A stretch of 64,000 bases of DNA, taken from contig CAZDEP010000007.1 of the NCBI GenBank assembly GCA_964504715.1, positions 6,951-70,950 of the forward strand, given 5' to 3'. Position 1 is the stretch's first letter; every line of letters starts with the position of its first letter. This document shows, in pieces, positions 1 to 9,924 of this stretch. The translations under genes and the position numbers were made by a program. The notes below the pieces were generated by a model, which was not told where the DNA came from, made no database searches, and worked only from the letters and a program-made list of their open reading frames with translations. This DNA is from an uncultured Candidatus Saccharibacteria bacterium. GTDB lineage: Bacteria; Patescibacteriota; Doudnabacteria; UBA920.

Positions 1-261
1 AGCGTAAATTGGATAAACCCAATAGGGCTAAGCGCTAAGCGTATAGGGCTAAGTAAAGAAACCTTAGCCCTTAGCCCTGCACGCTATACGCTATCCGGCC
101 GATATCGCCACCAGGGCGAATTGGCTCCGCTTACTATATCCAGAATTGGACGTGATCATTATCGCGTAATTTTTAAACATCCCCAAAAAGCTATTGCCAG
201 CGGACAGAGTTTGGTATTATACCAAGGCAAAGAGTGTGTGGGCGGGGGAGTTATTGTTTAA
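1..261 (+). CDS. mnmA: C-terminal fragment of tRNA-specific 2-thiouridylase MnmA-like protein; the 5' part lies outside the window
   Basis: The frame is open from base 1 to TAA at 259-261. The translated tail RYRHQGELAPLTISRIGRDHYRVIFKHPQKAIASGQSLVLYQGKECVGGGVIV matches the conserved MnmA C-terminus (..PGQ.AVFY.GE.CLGGG.I). Confidence 0.55.
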   Translation, partial: SVNWINPIGLSAKRIGLSKETLALSPARYTLSGRYRHQGELAPLTISRIGRDHYRVIFKHPQKAIASGQSLVLYQGKECVGGGVIV

Positions 262-329
262 GGTTTTGATAATGTAGTTTACATAGTTCACGGACGCGCA
301 CCATATAAACAAAGCAATATAATAAACTT

Positions 330-800
330 ATGCAAAATTTTACCGTTGTAATTGAATGTGAAAAAGGGAGTAATTTAAAAATAGAATACGATGATACCAT
401 TAAGGAATTTAAAACCGATTTTGTTTTTGAAGGCGTAGTTTTTCCCTATTATTATGGTTTTCTTCCGGGAACTAAAGCGGGAGACGGGGATACTTTGGAC
501 GCGATAGTGGTGGGAGAATTAGAATTTAAGACCGGGGATGCGGTGGAATGTAAGGCCATCGGAATAGCAAAAATAATAGACAGAGGGGAAACTGATGATA
601 AGATTATTGCTGTCCCGATTGCCGACCCTTTGTCCAAACAGTATCAGGACATAAACTACTTACCAAAAGAGCGGCTTGAAAATTGGAAGAATTTTTTGAG
701 TGAAGTCGCAAAGCAAAAGAGGAAAATTATGACAGTAGAAGCGTTCAGAAATGCCAATGAAGCGTATCAAGTAATTAAAAATGCGAAGAATGCGGTTTGA
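330..800 (+). CDS. ppa: Soluble family I inorganic pyrophosphatase
   Basis: A 156-aa ORF with the DGDPLD-type motif (AGDGDTLDAIVVGE), the YYGFLPGT segment and typical length. Confidence 0.9.
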   Translation: MQNFTVVIECEKGSNLKIEYDDTIKEFKTDFVFEGVVFPYYYGFLPGTKAGDGDTLDAIVVGELEFKTGDAVECKAIGIAKIIDRGETDDKIIAVPIADPLSKQYQDINYLPKERLENWKNFLSEVAKQKRKIMTVEAFRNANEAYQVIKNAKNAV

Positions 801-808
801 TAGAAGGA

Positions 809-836
809 TTGACAAATTGTAAAAATATGGTATAAT
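809..836 (+). promoter_or_regulatory. Sigma70-type promoter (TTGACA, 16-nt spacer, TGGTATAAT extended -10) upstream of the 878 secreted-protein gene
   Basis: Read directly: ttgacaaattgtaaaaatatggtataat. Confidence 0.5.
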
Positions 837-877
837 TGCTGATACCTTAAGATTATCATTAACATTATTTAAAAGCT

Positions 878-1432
878 ATGAAAAGCAAAAAATTATTTAT
901 TTTTTCCTTTCTCGCCTTAGTATTTTTCTCGCCTGTTTCTGCTTGGGCTTTAAATATCCCAAGCCAAAACATGGCCCTTTCAGTTCGTGTGGGCCAAAGC
1001 GTGGAAGTTGTTCTGCCTTTAAGCCCTTCCGGTGAGTGGTTGGTTTTTAACCAAACCGGAAATAATTTGGCTTCCGGAGTGGCCGTGGGTACTTTAATCC
1101 GCATAACCGGCAACAGCGCAGGCTTGGCCCAGTTTGAGGTTTGTTCGAGCGCCAAAAAATCCGATTGTTATGACATCCAAGTGGAAGTCACAAACGGCAT
1201 TAAGGGCTTGGTGCTGGGCATTTCCACCGAGCGACATATGCCGGGCAGCTGGGTTAAGCTTCAAAACACAGTTTTTTATGTGCATGAAAGAGGTCTTATT
1301 CCCGTGCCGAGCATGAAAGTATTTGAAAGCAACGGTGGAAAAATTACAAGCATTGAGCCAATGACACAGGGCGACCAACAGTTGCCTCCTTACTTGCCCG
1401 AATTGGATTTGGGCGACATAAGGGTGAAATAA
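878..1432 (+). CDS. Secreted hypothetical protein with an N-terminal signal peptide
   Basis: A 184-aa ORF. MKSKKLFIFSFLALVFFSPVSAWA is signal-like, and a rho-independent terminator follows. Confidence 0.55.
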   Translation: MKSKKLFIFSFLALVFFSPVSAWALNIPSQNMALSVRVGQSVEVVLPLSPSGEWLVFNQTGNNLASGVAVGTLIRITGNSAGLAQFEVCSSAKKSDCYDIQVEVTNGIKGLVLGISTERHMPGSWVKLQNTVFYVHERGLIPVPSMKVFESNGGKITSIEPMTQGDQQLPPYLPELDLGDIRVK

Positions 1433-1449
1433 GCGGCCATCATAAATTA

Positions 1450-1491
1450 AAATCCTTCCCCCCCGCCGCAGGCGGGAGGGAAGGATTTTTT
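1450..1491 (+). terminator. Rho-independent terminator
   Basis: GC-rich hairpin aaatccttccc..cccgccgcaggcggg..gggaaggattttttg immediately after the stop at 1432. Confidence 0.6.
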
Positions 1492-1520
1492 GTATCGCTT
1501 GGACACTATATATCAACATA

Positions 1521-1558
1521 GATGACGGTCTTCTTGCAAAAGCAAGAAGACCGTCATC
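1521..1558. terminator. Hairpin terminator, likely serving the convergent minus-strand pyrophosphatase gene
   Basis: Perfect 17-bp stem gatgacggtcttcttgc / gcaagaagaccgtcatc with an aaa loop, between convergent genes. Confidence 0.5.
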
Positions 1559-1598
1559 GTATCTTCTAACGCCCAAAATCTATAATCTAATATCTAAT

Positions 1599-3620
1599 TT
1601 ACCCTTTCAAGAACCTGACAAGCAAAAGCGCCACTATGTTTATTATCTTTATCATAGGATTGATAGCAGGGCCCGCAGTGTCTTTGTAAGGGTCGCCAAC
1701 CGTGTCGCCGGTAACGGCCGCTTTGTGGGCATCTGAACCTTTGCCGCCGTATTGGCCTTCTTCAATGTATTTTTTGGCGTTATCCCAGGCTGCGCCGCCG
1801 GTGGTCATGGAAATACCCACGAATAAACCCGTCACAATAGTGCCTACCAAAAGCCCGCCCAAAGCCGCGGCTCCCAAAAGCCAGCCGACAAGGATCGGGA
1901 TAATTACAGGGATAAGCGCGGGGATGATCATTTCTTTTATAGCGGCCTTAGTGACAATATCCACGGCGCGGGAATAGTCCGGTTTGGCCGTGCCTTCCAT
2001 AATGCCTTTAATTTCCCTAAATTGCCTGCGCACTTCTTCCACTACGGCCTTTGCCGCGTTGCCCACGGCGCTCATTGCAATTGATGCAAATAAATAAGGA
2101 AGCAGGCCGCCAATTAAGAGACCCACCAATACTTTGCTGTCGGACAAATCGAATACAGAAGAAATCCCGGCCATATTCAATTCCTGGGTGTAAGCCGCGA
2201 ATAAAACCATAGCCGCCAATCCCGCACTTGCAATGGCATAGCCTTTGGTTACGGCTTTTGTGGTGTTGCCGACCGCATCTAACGGATCGGTTACATCGCG
2301 CACGCTTTTGTCCAAGCCCGCCATTTCCGCAATGCCGCCGGCGTTGTCGGTAATCGGGCCAAAGGCGTCAATCGCAACCACAATTCCCGTCAATGACAAC
2401 ATGGACATTACGGAAAGCGCAATGCCATAAAGCCCAGCCAATTGGTAAGCGGTTAAAATTGCCACTACTATTACAATTACCGGCGCGGCGGTGGACTGCA
2501 TACCTACGGCCAGGCCTTTAATAATGTTGGTGCCATGTCCGGTGGTGGAAGCTTCGGCAATATCTTTGACCGGGGAGAATTTTTTTGCCGTGTAGTATTC
2601 TGTAATTAAAACTACCAACGCGGTAACCGCCATGCCAATTAGGACCGAATAAAAAGCAATGCTGGAACCGCTTAAGCTGCCCGTTTGAAGGAAGGCTAAT
2701 TTTTCTTTCTGTGTGTAGGCGAAAATGGCAAAGAATCCGGTGGCCAAAACGCCGGTAGCTATTAAACCTTTATATAAAGCGCCCATTATAGACTGACTTT
2801 TGCCGAGTCTGACAAAGAAAGAACCAATCACCGAAGCCACAATGCTCAGCGAGCCTATTACCAACGGTAGGATAATTGCCATTTCATTGCCCGGGAAAAG
2901 ACTGGAGCCCAAAAGAATTACTGCTACCGTGGAAACTGCGTAAGTTTCAAACAAGTCCGCAGCCATGCCGGCGCAGTCGCCAACGTTGTCGCCAACGTTG
3001 TCCGCAATTACGCCGGGGTTCCTGGGGTCGTCTTCCGGGATGGAGGCTTCTATTTTGCCGACCATATCGGTGCCTACGTCAGCGCCTTTGGTGAATATGC
3101 CGCCGCCCAGCCGGGCAAAAACTGAAATTAGGGAAGAACCAAAAGCCAATCCTGCCAGCGCGGCCAAATTTTTGGTAACCAAATAAAATGCGGAAACAGA
3201 AATAAGACCTAAACCCACTACAAACAGTCCGGTTACGGCTCCGCCCTGAAATGCCATGGCCAGCGCAGGACCCAAACCTTTTTTTGCGGCCTCAGCAGTG
3301 CGCACGTTGGCGCGAACGGAAATGTTCATGCCTACAAAGCCCGCCACTGCCGACAAAATCGCACCCACTAAAAAGGCTATTACAGTTTCGTTGTCGAAGC
3401 GCCCAATTTTCATAAGCACAATAACCGCGACTGCCACGAGCGCGACAGTTTTATACTGACGTGAAAGGTATGCTTTGGCGCCGGCCTGGATGGCAGAGGC
3501 GATTTCGAGCATTTTGCCTTCGCCCGCCGGGCTTTTTAAAATTTTATAAATTAAAACACTTCCATAAAGAAGTGCGAGGACCGCCGCCCCAAGGGCGTAA
3601 TAAAGGTACGTATTTTCCAT
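1599..3620 (-). CDS. hppA: Membrane-bound proton-translocating pyrophosphatase (H+-PPase, K+-independent type)
   Basis: A 673-aa polytopic protein with the [19 protein letters not shown] and [21 protein letters not shown] signatures. GNTTKA (Lys) implies K+-independence. Confidence 0.95.
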   Translation of the reverse strand: MENTYLYYALGAAVLALLYGSVLIYKILKSPAGEGKMLEIASAIQAGAKAYLSRQYKTVALVAVAVIVLMKIGRFDNETVIAFLVGAILSAVAGFVGMNISVRANVRTAEAAKKGLGPALAMAFQGGAVTGLFVVGLGLISVSAFYLVTKNLAALAGLAFGSSLISVFARLGGGIFTKGADVGTDMVGKIEASIPEDDPRNPGVIADNVGDNVGDCAGMAADLFETYAVSTVAVILLGSSLFPGNEMAIILPLVIGSLSIVASVIGSFFVRLGKSQSIMGALYKGLIATGVLATGFFAIFAYTQKEKLAFLQTGSLSGSSIAFYSVLIGMAVTALVVLITEYYTAKKFSPVKDIAEASTTGHGTNIIKGLAVGMQSTAAPVIVIVVAILTAYQLAGLYGIALSVMSMLSLTGIVVAIDAFGPITDNAGGIAEMAGLDKSVRDVTDPLDAVGNTTKAVTKGYAIASAGLAAMVLFAAYTQELNMAGISSVFDLSDSKVLVGLLIGGLLPYLFASIAMSAVGNAAKAVVEEVRRQFREIKGIMEGTAKPDYSRAVDIVTKAAIKEMIIPALIPVIIPILVGWLLGAAALGGLLVGTIVTGLFVGISMTTGGAAWDNAKKYIEEGQYGGKGSDAHKAAVTGDTVGDPYKDTAGPAINPMIKIINIVALLLVRFLKG

Positions 3621-3939
3621 TACAGTTGATTAGTATTAATTATTCTGTGTATAATTATAGGTGGTTTTATGAAAACTAGCAAGAAGCAATTAATTAGATA
3701 AATGAATATTTTTAGATATTATTTATGACAAAACTTTCCAGCCAGCGCACGTATGTTTTGGTTACCGGGCTTATTCTTTTTTTGCTCGGATTGTTGGGGT
3801 TTGCCTTCCGGGCCAGCTTTTCCGGCATAGCCGACAAATACTTATTTGCGGCCCTGGTGTTGGGTTTTTGGGGCTTGGTCTTAAGCACAAAAAACGAATA
3901 AGCCACCCAACATTTTTATCATTTTGATTTAGGGCGGTA

Positions 3940-3970
3940 ATTTTTAAAACCATCCCGATCAGATCGGGAT
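3940..3970 (-). terminator. Hairpin terminator downstream of the minus-strand gene 3990..4580
   Basis: aaaaccatcccgatcagatcgggatggtttt. Confidence 0.5.
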
Positions 3971-3989
3971 GGTTTTAAGTTGGCTTAAC

Positions 3990-4580
3990 CTATTCAAATT
4001 TTACCGTGCTAAGCAGCGCCTGGAAATAGGGCTTGAGGCTCAAAGAGGAGCCTAAATCAAAGGTAAAATAAGTGGCGTTGTCCTTAACCCCGAGCACCGA
4101 GCCTTCAAGGCTCACAGCCGTTTTGCCTCCCACTTCGCTTTGCTGGGTGGGTACTCCCGAAAGCGCAAAGTAGTCGTCGGCGGAAATGTAAATCCGGAAA
4201 TTATCGAAGCGTGCTCCCGGATCAACTTCAATTATATAGTAACCGTCTTTGTTGGCCACGGACCTTATTTTCCAGGCCGGGTCATATTTAAAGCTCAGTC
4301 CGAATTTTTTATCTTTATAAGTTTTCCATCCCGACGTATCAACTGCCTGCGGCATATCGGTGGGGCCGGTCGTGGGAGGGGAGTAGCTGATAATTTCATA
4401 GTCGGCCGGTTTGGGTTTTTGGGGGGCGCCAACTTTATGCGCGCTAAGCACGGCAAAAATCCCGCCGAGCACGGCAAGGGTAAAGAGCGCTGCAAAACTT
4501 TTGGAATGAATACTGATTTTTTTGTTCATTTCCGGTAATTTTTGTTTATTGAAAAGAGGGGTTTTAACATTATTTTCCAA
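3990..4580 (-). CDS. Membrane-anchored hypothetical protein
   Basis: A 196-aa ORF with an N-terminal hydrophobic anchor (FAALFTLAVLGGIFAVLSA) and a Pro-rich linker. Confidence 0.5.
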   Translation of the reverse strand: MENNVKTPLFNKQKLPEMNKKISIHSKSFAALFTLAVLGGIFAVLSAHKVGAPQKPKPADYEIISYSPPTTGPTDMPQAVDTSGWKTYKDKKFGLSFKYDPAWKIRSVANKDGYYIIEVDPGARFDNFRIYISADDYFALSGVPTQQSEVGGKTAVSLEGSVLGVKDNATYFTFDLGSSLSLKPYFQALLSTVKFE

Positions 4581-4788
4581 AAAGTTTGTCCAAACCCGCC
4601 TGGCTGCCGCAATAGTAAATATTGTTGGTTAAGTTTACGCAGTAGCCCGGGTTTTTGGCAATAAACGAATATTTTGGCAAAAACCAATAGAGAAAAACTA
4701 TGGCCGCTGCTATCAGAAAATAAAAAGTAAGTTTAAAGAGTTTTCGCATTTTCCAGGTGGGGAGTAATGAACACCAGGCCTTTTTCAT
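4570..4788 (-). CDS. Small membrane protein (hypothetical)
   Basis: A 72-aa ORF with one TM helix; its start overlaps the stop of the downstream gene. Confidence 0.3.
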   Translation of the reverse strand: MKKAWCSLLPTWKMRKLFKLTFYFLIAAAIVFLYWFLPKYSFIAKNPGYCVNLTNNIYYCGSQAGLDKLFGK

Positions 4789-5236
4789 TTATCCTGTTGT
4801 GGGTGTTTTTGTGTTGCCAAATATTGCCCACTCCGTAGCCTATAAAAATGAACATAACGACATTTGTAAAGGCCAAAAATCCACCCACTAGTACCGTTTT
4901 ATTTTAAACCTGACGGCCAACATCCCTTAAATTAATTTATTTTAGAGGAGTTTGAAAATCTGACAATCGACATAATTAAAATGAAACGGTACTAGCGCTA
5001 AAAGTCCAAAAAAGCTATGGTGAATATGAAAGCCTTTTATTTGCTATATAGCGGATGTGTAGAAACTTCATTTCTGTTCTTGCGCTATTAAAATGGGCTA
5101 CTGGTAGTAATAACAGCCGATAAATCGGCTAACTACATTGAAGTCATTTTCCTACAAAGTGTGTTTAGTTTATTATAACATAATTTCGTTTATCAATGAA
5201 ATAATTTTTCCACAGTTTTGTATTAAATATATATAG

Positions 5237-5462
5237 GAAGTAGTCTCAAAACTTCATTTTGGCTGTCGTGCCTACGGCAGATCCCCCGTAGGGGGACAAT
5301 CTTATAATTTCTGCCATTCGCCCAAAAAAATTTCTCTGCTTAGTCTCCGACTAAACCTTCATGCCTACGGCAGATCTCCCGAAGGGATGACAAAATTTGT
5401 TTTGTCCGGCTGTCTAGAAATTCTTAAGCTTTCGCCTTAAAAGCAAGTTTTGAGACTACTTC
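5237..5462. mobile_element. MITE-like repeat element, copy A (226 bp, 17-bp terminal inverted repeats gaagtagtctcaaaact)
   Basis: Near-identical in reverse complement to 19708..19932. The internal direct repeat tgcctacggcagatc occurs twice, each followed by a small hairpin. No ORF. Confidence 0.7.
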
Positions 5463-5471
5463 CAGGTCCAT

Positions 5472-6029
5472 ATGGATTTAACCGACGAACAAATTGCGGA
5501 GAGGGTGCAAAAAGGGGATATTGAGGAGTTTGAACGGTTGGTTGCCCGTTACCGCCAAAAGCTTTTGAATTACGGAAGCAAGCTGCTTTTTGGCCGCGGG
5601 GATTTGGAAGATATTGTCCAGGAAATATTTATTAAGACTTACCGGAACTTGCAGAGTTTTGACAGCAACCGTAAATTTTCCACCTGGATTTACCGCATTG
5701 CGCATAATGAGTTTATAAATTACGGGAAAAAATTTTCCCGCCAATTAATTGATTATTTTGATTTTGAGGTTTTGCTGCCCAAAGCGCCCCGTGCGCCTGA
5801 GCATAAAAGCCCTGAAAGCGAATTTGACCGCGAGCGGCTTAAACGCTTGGTGGAAACCAAGCTGGCGGAAATGGAGCCTAAATACCGCGAACCTTTGGTG
5901 CTGTATTATTTGGAAGGCTTTGATTATAAAGAAATTTCCGAAGTGTTGAAGCTGCCCGTCAGCACGGTGGGCGTGCGTTTATCGCGCGCTAAAAATATTT
6001 TAAAGAAAATAATTAATAGAAAATCATGA
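5472..6029 (+). CDS. ECF-type RNA polymerase sigma factor (sigma-70 family)
   Basis: A 185-aa ORF with region 2 (FSTWIYRIAHNEFINY) and a region 4 HTH (YKEISEVLKLPVSTVGVRLSRAKNILKK). Confidence 0.85.
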   Translation: MDLTDEQIAERVQKGDIEEFERLVARYRQKLLNYGSKLLFGRGDLEDIVQEIFIKTYRNLQSFDSNRKFSTWIYRIAHNEFINYGKKFSRQLIDYFDFEVLLPKAPRAPEHKSPESEFDRERLKRLVETKLAEMEPKYREPLVLYYLEGFDYKEISEVLKLPVSTVGVRLSRAKNILKKIINRKS

Positions 6030-6748
6030 ATCAGAATAAGCCCCACAGCCTGTTGGAGCAAATAAAAAGCGGGGAAATAAAAATGCGTCCGCGGTCTTAT
6101 TTTATTGCCAAGTCCACACTGCAGCTTATTGCGCTGCTTTTGGCTGCGCTTTTGGCGGTATTTTTCTTAAGTTTCCTGGTATTCAGGCTCAAATTAAGCG
6201 GCGCACTGCTCATGCCAGGCTTTGGCGTCGGGGGCATAAAAGACCTGTTGCTTTCGCTGCCTTTGTTTATTGTAGTTTTGGTCTTAATTTTTTTGGCGGT
6301 ATTTATTTGGTTTGCGGAAAGATATCCCATCGCTTACCAGCGGCCTTTGCTTTACAGCTTAATGGCCATAGTTGTGATTGTGTGCGGCGGCGCCGTTCTG
6401 GTATATAGTACCCCCTTGCACCCTTATTTTTTCCGGGCTTTTTCGCCGCCGGGCGCGCCGTCTGTTATGAGGATACTGTATTTCCATCCGCGCGGGCCGG
6501 AAATCCACAACGGTTTAGTTGGGGAAATAAAAACCCTGGACGAAAGTAAGGTTGAACTTTTGGGGCCCGAAGGCAAGGTTTACAAAGTGCTCGTTGATTC
6601 TCAAACTTTTTTGCCTGGCGGGCGGGATGATTGGGAGGTGGGAGATTGGCTAATAATCCGCGGCGAAATTATGGGCAATGAAATACGCGCGTGGGCTGCC
6701 AGGGAAATTAATAAACCCGAATTTTTTTTGGAGGGTGAGTTGAAATAA
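6026..6748 (+). CDS. Membrane protein co-transcribed with the sigma factor, a possible anti-sigma factor
   Basis: A 240-aa ORF with several TM helices; its start overlaps the sigma-factor stop. Confidence 0.4.
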   Translation: MNQNKPHSLLEQIKSGEIKMRPRSYFIAKSTLQLIALLLAALLAVFFLSFLVFRLKLSGALLMPGFGVGGIKDLLLSLPLFIVVLVLIFLAVFIWFAERYPIAYQRPLLYSLMAIVVIVCGGAVLVYSTPLHPYFFRAFSPPGAPSVMRILYFHPRGPEIHNGLVGEIKTLDESKVELLGPEGKVYKVLVDSQTFLPGGRDDWEVGDWLIIRGEIMGNEIRAWAAREINKPEFFLEGELK

Positions 6749-6971
6749 TTTTTAGGAAGGGTTGTAATAAATAATGAGGCCAAAAGCCGGCTTAAATTAA
6801 CAAGGCCTCACTTCGCAAAACAACCCCCTTTAGCCTTCCGGAAGGCAATAAAGAATTATCAGGACTTACGCGAAAAGCGTAAGTCCTGCGGGCCAAAAAC
6901 CCAGGTTTGGTTGTGCGCGAGGCGGGCTTGCACGACGCGAAGTAATTTTAAAGGGTGGGAGAAAAAACACT

Positions 6972-7406
6972 ATGAAAAAAAGATATTTGGCAGGTTTAAT
7001 TGTTCCTTTGTTCGCCTTTGCGGCTATCGGTGTCCAAATGGCTTCGGCCCATGGCTGGGGCTTTGCTGCAAATCAGGATCCGGCGCAGATTGCGGAAGCC
7101 CAAACCCAAGCTTTTGAAAAGCAGTCCGCCTTACTTGGCATAAGCGTGGATGAGTACAAAAATCTTTGGGCCCAAGGGAAGAATTTCAGGGAAATTGCCC
7201 AGGAGAAAGGTATAAGCCAGGATCAGCTAAAGCAGAAAATGCAGGAGCAGATGCAGCAGAATATGAAATCGCATCTTGATGCCCTGGTTTCCAAAGGAGT
7301 CATTACCCAAAGCCAGGCTGACCAGCGCCTGGAAGCAATGAAGAAAAATCAGCAAAACGGCAAACCTATAAAAATGAAAGGGATGAGGATGGGCAATTGG
7401 TTTTAA
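6972..7406 (+). CDS. Secreted Gln-rich hypothetical protein
   Basis: A 144-aa ORF with a signal peptide; a terminator hairpin follows at about 7443-7475. Confidence 0.5.
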   Translation: MKKRYLAGLIVPLFAFAAIGVQMASAHGWGFAANQDPAQIAEAQTQAFEKQSALLGISVDEYKNLWAQGKNFREIAQEKGISQDQLKQKMQEQMQQNMKSHLDALVSKGVITQSQADQRLEAMKKNQQNGKPIKMKGMRMGNWF

Positions 7407-7471
7407 AATTATGCCAATAGTCTCTTCCAAATATAATTTAAAAAAGCCTTCCGCTTAAAAAGCGGGAGGCT

Positions 7472-9238
7472 TTGATTTTTTTTATGATAGGAATAAAAAT
7501 GTGGGTAGCCAACCATAAAATTATGACCAGCGTAATATTTTTGGTTCTTGCCGGCGGCGGGTATTGGGTTTATAAACGCACGAGTTCCGCCGAAGTGCAG
7601 CCTCAATATGTTATGGGCAGCGTCACAAAGGGCTCCCTTTCCGTTTCGGTCAGCGGCACGGGGCAAGTGTCCAGCAGTAACCAGCTTGATTTAAAGCCCA
7701 AAGCTTCCGGCGATTTATTAAAAATTAGTGCAAAAGTTGGGGACAAAGTTAAATCCGGGCAGGTATTATTCCAGTTGAATGCCCGGGACGCATTTAAATC
7801 GGTCCGGGATGCGCAGGTAAACCTGGAAAGCGCCCAGCTTTCGTTAAATAAGCTTTTGGAGCCGGCGGACAACCTAACGCTCCTGCAGGCGCAGAATTCT
7901 TTGGCAAAAGCCGAAGAAAACAAAGAGCAGTCAGAGGAAAATTTGTCAAAGGCATACGATGACGCATTTAACAATATTTCCGACACCTTTTTGGACTTGC
8001 CTTCGGTTATGTCGGGCTTACAGGGCGTGCTTTATTCGACCGATGTCGGAAGTAACGGGCAGTCCAATATAGATTTTTATTTTGACCAGGCCAGCATATA
8101 TTCCGACCAAGCCTGGACATTTAGGCAGGATGCCAAAACGAAATTCGAAGCGGCTCGCAAATCTTACGATAAGAATTTTCAGGACTATAAAACGGCCAGC
8201 CGGTTTTCTTCCACAACGACCATTGAATCGCTAGTGGCGGAAACTTATGAAACTTCCAAAGTCATGGCTGAAGCGGTAAAAAGTACGAGCAATCTTATTC
8301 AATTTTACGTTGATAAGCTAACTTCGGCGGGGAAAAATCCGATAACTAAATCGCAAAGCCATCTTTCCAGCTTAAGCTCTTTTACCCAGCAGGTTAGCTC
8401 GCATTTATTAGCCCTTTCAACGCAAAAAAACAACATCAAAAATTGCAAGGATGAAATAGTCAACGCCCTTAGGACCATTGCTGAATTTTCGGCCTCTTTG
8501 GAGAAAATTATTGCGGGGACGGACGAGTTAGATCTACAGTCCGCAAAATTAAGTTTAAAGCAAAAGCAGAATGCCCTGCTTGATGCCCGGGAAAAGCTTG
8601 CTGACTATTCAGTGAAGGCCCCTTTTGACGGCACTATTGCCCAGGTTAGCGCCAAGTTTGGCGACAGTGTTTCTTCTGCCTCTTCGCTTGGGGTTTTGGT
8701 GGCGGACAAGCAGCTTGCCGAAGTTCCGCTTAATGAAGTGGATATTTCCAAAGTTAAGGCCGGACAGAAATGCGTTTTAACTTTTGACGCCATAGAAAAT
8801 TTAACCATAAGTGGCACGGTTGCCCAAGTGGATGCTGTGGGTACGGCCAGTCAGGGCGTGGTTTCTTATAACGCTAAAATAGCCTTTGATACCCAAGATG
8901 AAAGAATAAAAGCCGGCATGAGCGTGGCTGCAAATATCATTACTGACATTCGGCAGGATGTTCTGTTGCTGCCCAGTTCGGCTGTAAAAAATGATACGGG
9001 CAATGCTTATGTACAGGTTATGGAAAATGGCGCGTTAACCAATAAAACCGTAGTTATTGGTTTAAGCAATGATTCTGACACGGAAATTATTTCGGGGCTG
9101 TCTGAAGGGGAACAGGTGGTGACCCAGATTATTCAGTCTCAAACGACAACCACAACAACAACTTCCCGCACCGGCGCAGGTATCTTGCCCATGGGCGGTA
9201 ACGCGGTGTTCAGGAGCGTGGGAGGCAGTGTGCGATGA
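7472..9238 (+). CDS. HlyD/MacA-family periplasmic adaptor with a long coiled coil
   Basis: A 588-aa ORF with an N-terminal TM, an extended coiled-coil region and a C-terminal beta-barrel-like region. It is translationally coupled to the ABC ATPase. Confidence 0.65.
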   Translation: MIFFMIGIKMWVANHKIMTSVIFLVLAGGGYWVYKRTSSAEVQPQYVMGSVTKGSLSVSVSGTGQVSSSNQLDLKPKASGDLLKISAKVGDKVKSGQVLFQLNARDAFKSVRDAQVNLESAQLSLNKLLEPADNLTLLQAQNSLAKAEENKEQSEENLSKAYDDAFNNISDTFLDLPSVMSGLQGVLYSTDVGSNGQSNIDFYFDQASIYSDQAWTFRQDAKTKFEAARKSYDKNFQDYKTASRFSSTTTIESLVAETYETSKVMAEAVKSTSNLIQFYVDKLTSAGKNPITKSQSHLSSLSSFTQQVSSHLLALSTQKNNIKNCKDEIVNALRTIAEFSASLEKIIAGTDELDLQSAKLSLKQKQNALLDAREKLADYSVKAPFDGTIAQVSAKFGDSVSSASSLGVLVADKQLAEVPLNEVDISKVKAGQKCVLTFDAIENLTISGTVAQVDAVGTASQGVVSYNAKIAFDTQDERIKAGMSVAANIITDIRQDVLLLPSSAVKNDTGNAYVQVMENGALTNKTVVIGLSNDSDTEIISGLSEGEQVVTQIIQSQTTTTTTTSRTGAGILPMGGNAVFRSVGGSVR

Positions 9239-9924
9239 TAGAATGCCGCAACATAAGCAAAACTTATATTTCCGGCGACAATAAAACAGAGGTTTTAAAA
9301 GATGTGTCATTCGGGATTGAGGCCGGAGAGTTTGTAAGCATTATGGGGCCTTCCGGCAGCGGCAAGTCCACGCTTATGCATATTTTAGGCGCTTTGGATT
9401 CGCCGACTAGCGGACAATACCTGCTAGAGGGCAGCGATGTATCCAATTTAAACGACGATGAGCTGGCGGAAGTTCGTAAAAATAAAATCGGTTTTGTTTT
9501 TCAGGCATTCAATTTATTGCCGCGCGCAAATGTTTTAAGGAATGTGGCATTGCCTCTTATTTATTCCGAAACCCGGCGGTTTGAGAGAGAAGATGCGGCC
9601 AAAAATGCGCTAGTGGCCGCCGGTATGGACCCAAAGCATTTTGGCAATTTATCCAACCAGCTTTCGGGTGGCCAAATGCAACGCGTTGCCATTGCTCGCG
9701 CGTTGGTAAACAATCCCAAAATTATTTTAGCCGACGAGCCTACAGGGAACTTAGACAGCAAAACCGGGGAAGTGGTTATGCAGACTTTTCGTCAGCTTAA
9801 CAGCCAGGGCAGAACGATTATAGTTATTACCCATGAAAAAGAAATTGCCATGTTCGCCAAAAGGATACTGCATATCCGCGACGGGCAAATTATTAAGGAT
9901 GAGATGAATAGTAATGAAATATAA
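9235..9924 (+). CDS. ABC transporter ATP-binding protein (MacB/LolD-like)
   Basis: Walker A (GPSGSGKST), signature ([15 protein letters not shown]) and Walker B ([11 protein letters not shown]). Confidence 0.9.
   Translation: MIECRNISKTYISGDNKTEVLKDVSFGIEAGEFVSIMGPSGSGKSTLMHILGALDSPTSGQYLLEGSDVSNLNDDELAEVRKNKIGFVFQAFNLLPRANVLRNVALPLIYSETRRFEREDAAKNALVAAGMDPKHFGNLSNQLSGGQMQRVAIARALVNNPKIILADEPTGNLDSKTGEVVMQTFRQLNSQGRTIIVITHEKEIAMFAKRILHIRDGQIIKDEMNSNEI

Noticed and set aside
1702-3459. Multiple plus-strand ORFs antisense to hppA, and similar antisense ORFs inside aspS, the giant surface protein and the S8 protease
   Set aside because: They are fully embedded antisense to high-confidence genes and have Ala/Pro/Arg-biased composition typical of antisense reading of GC-richer coding DNA.
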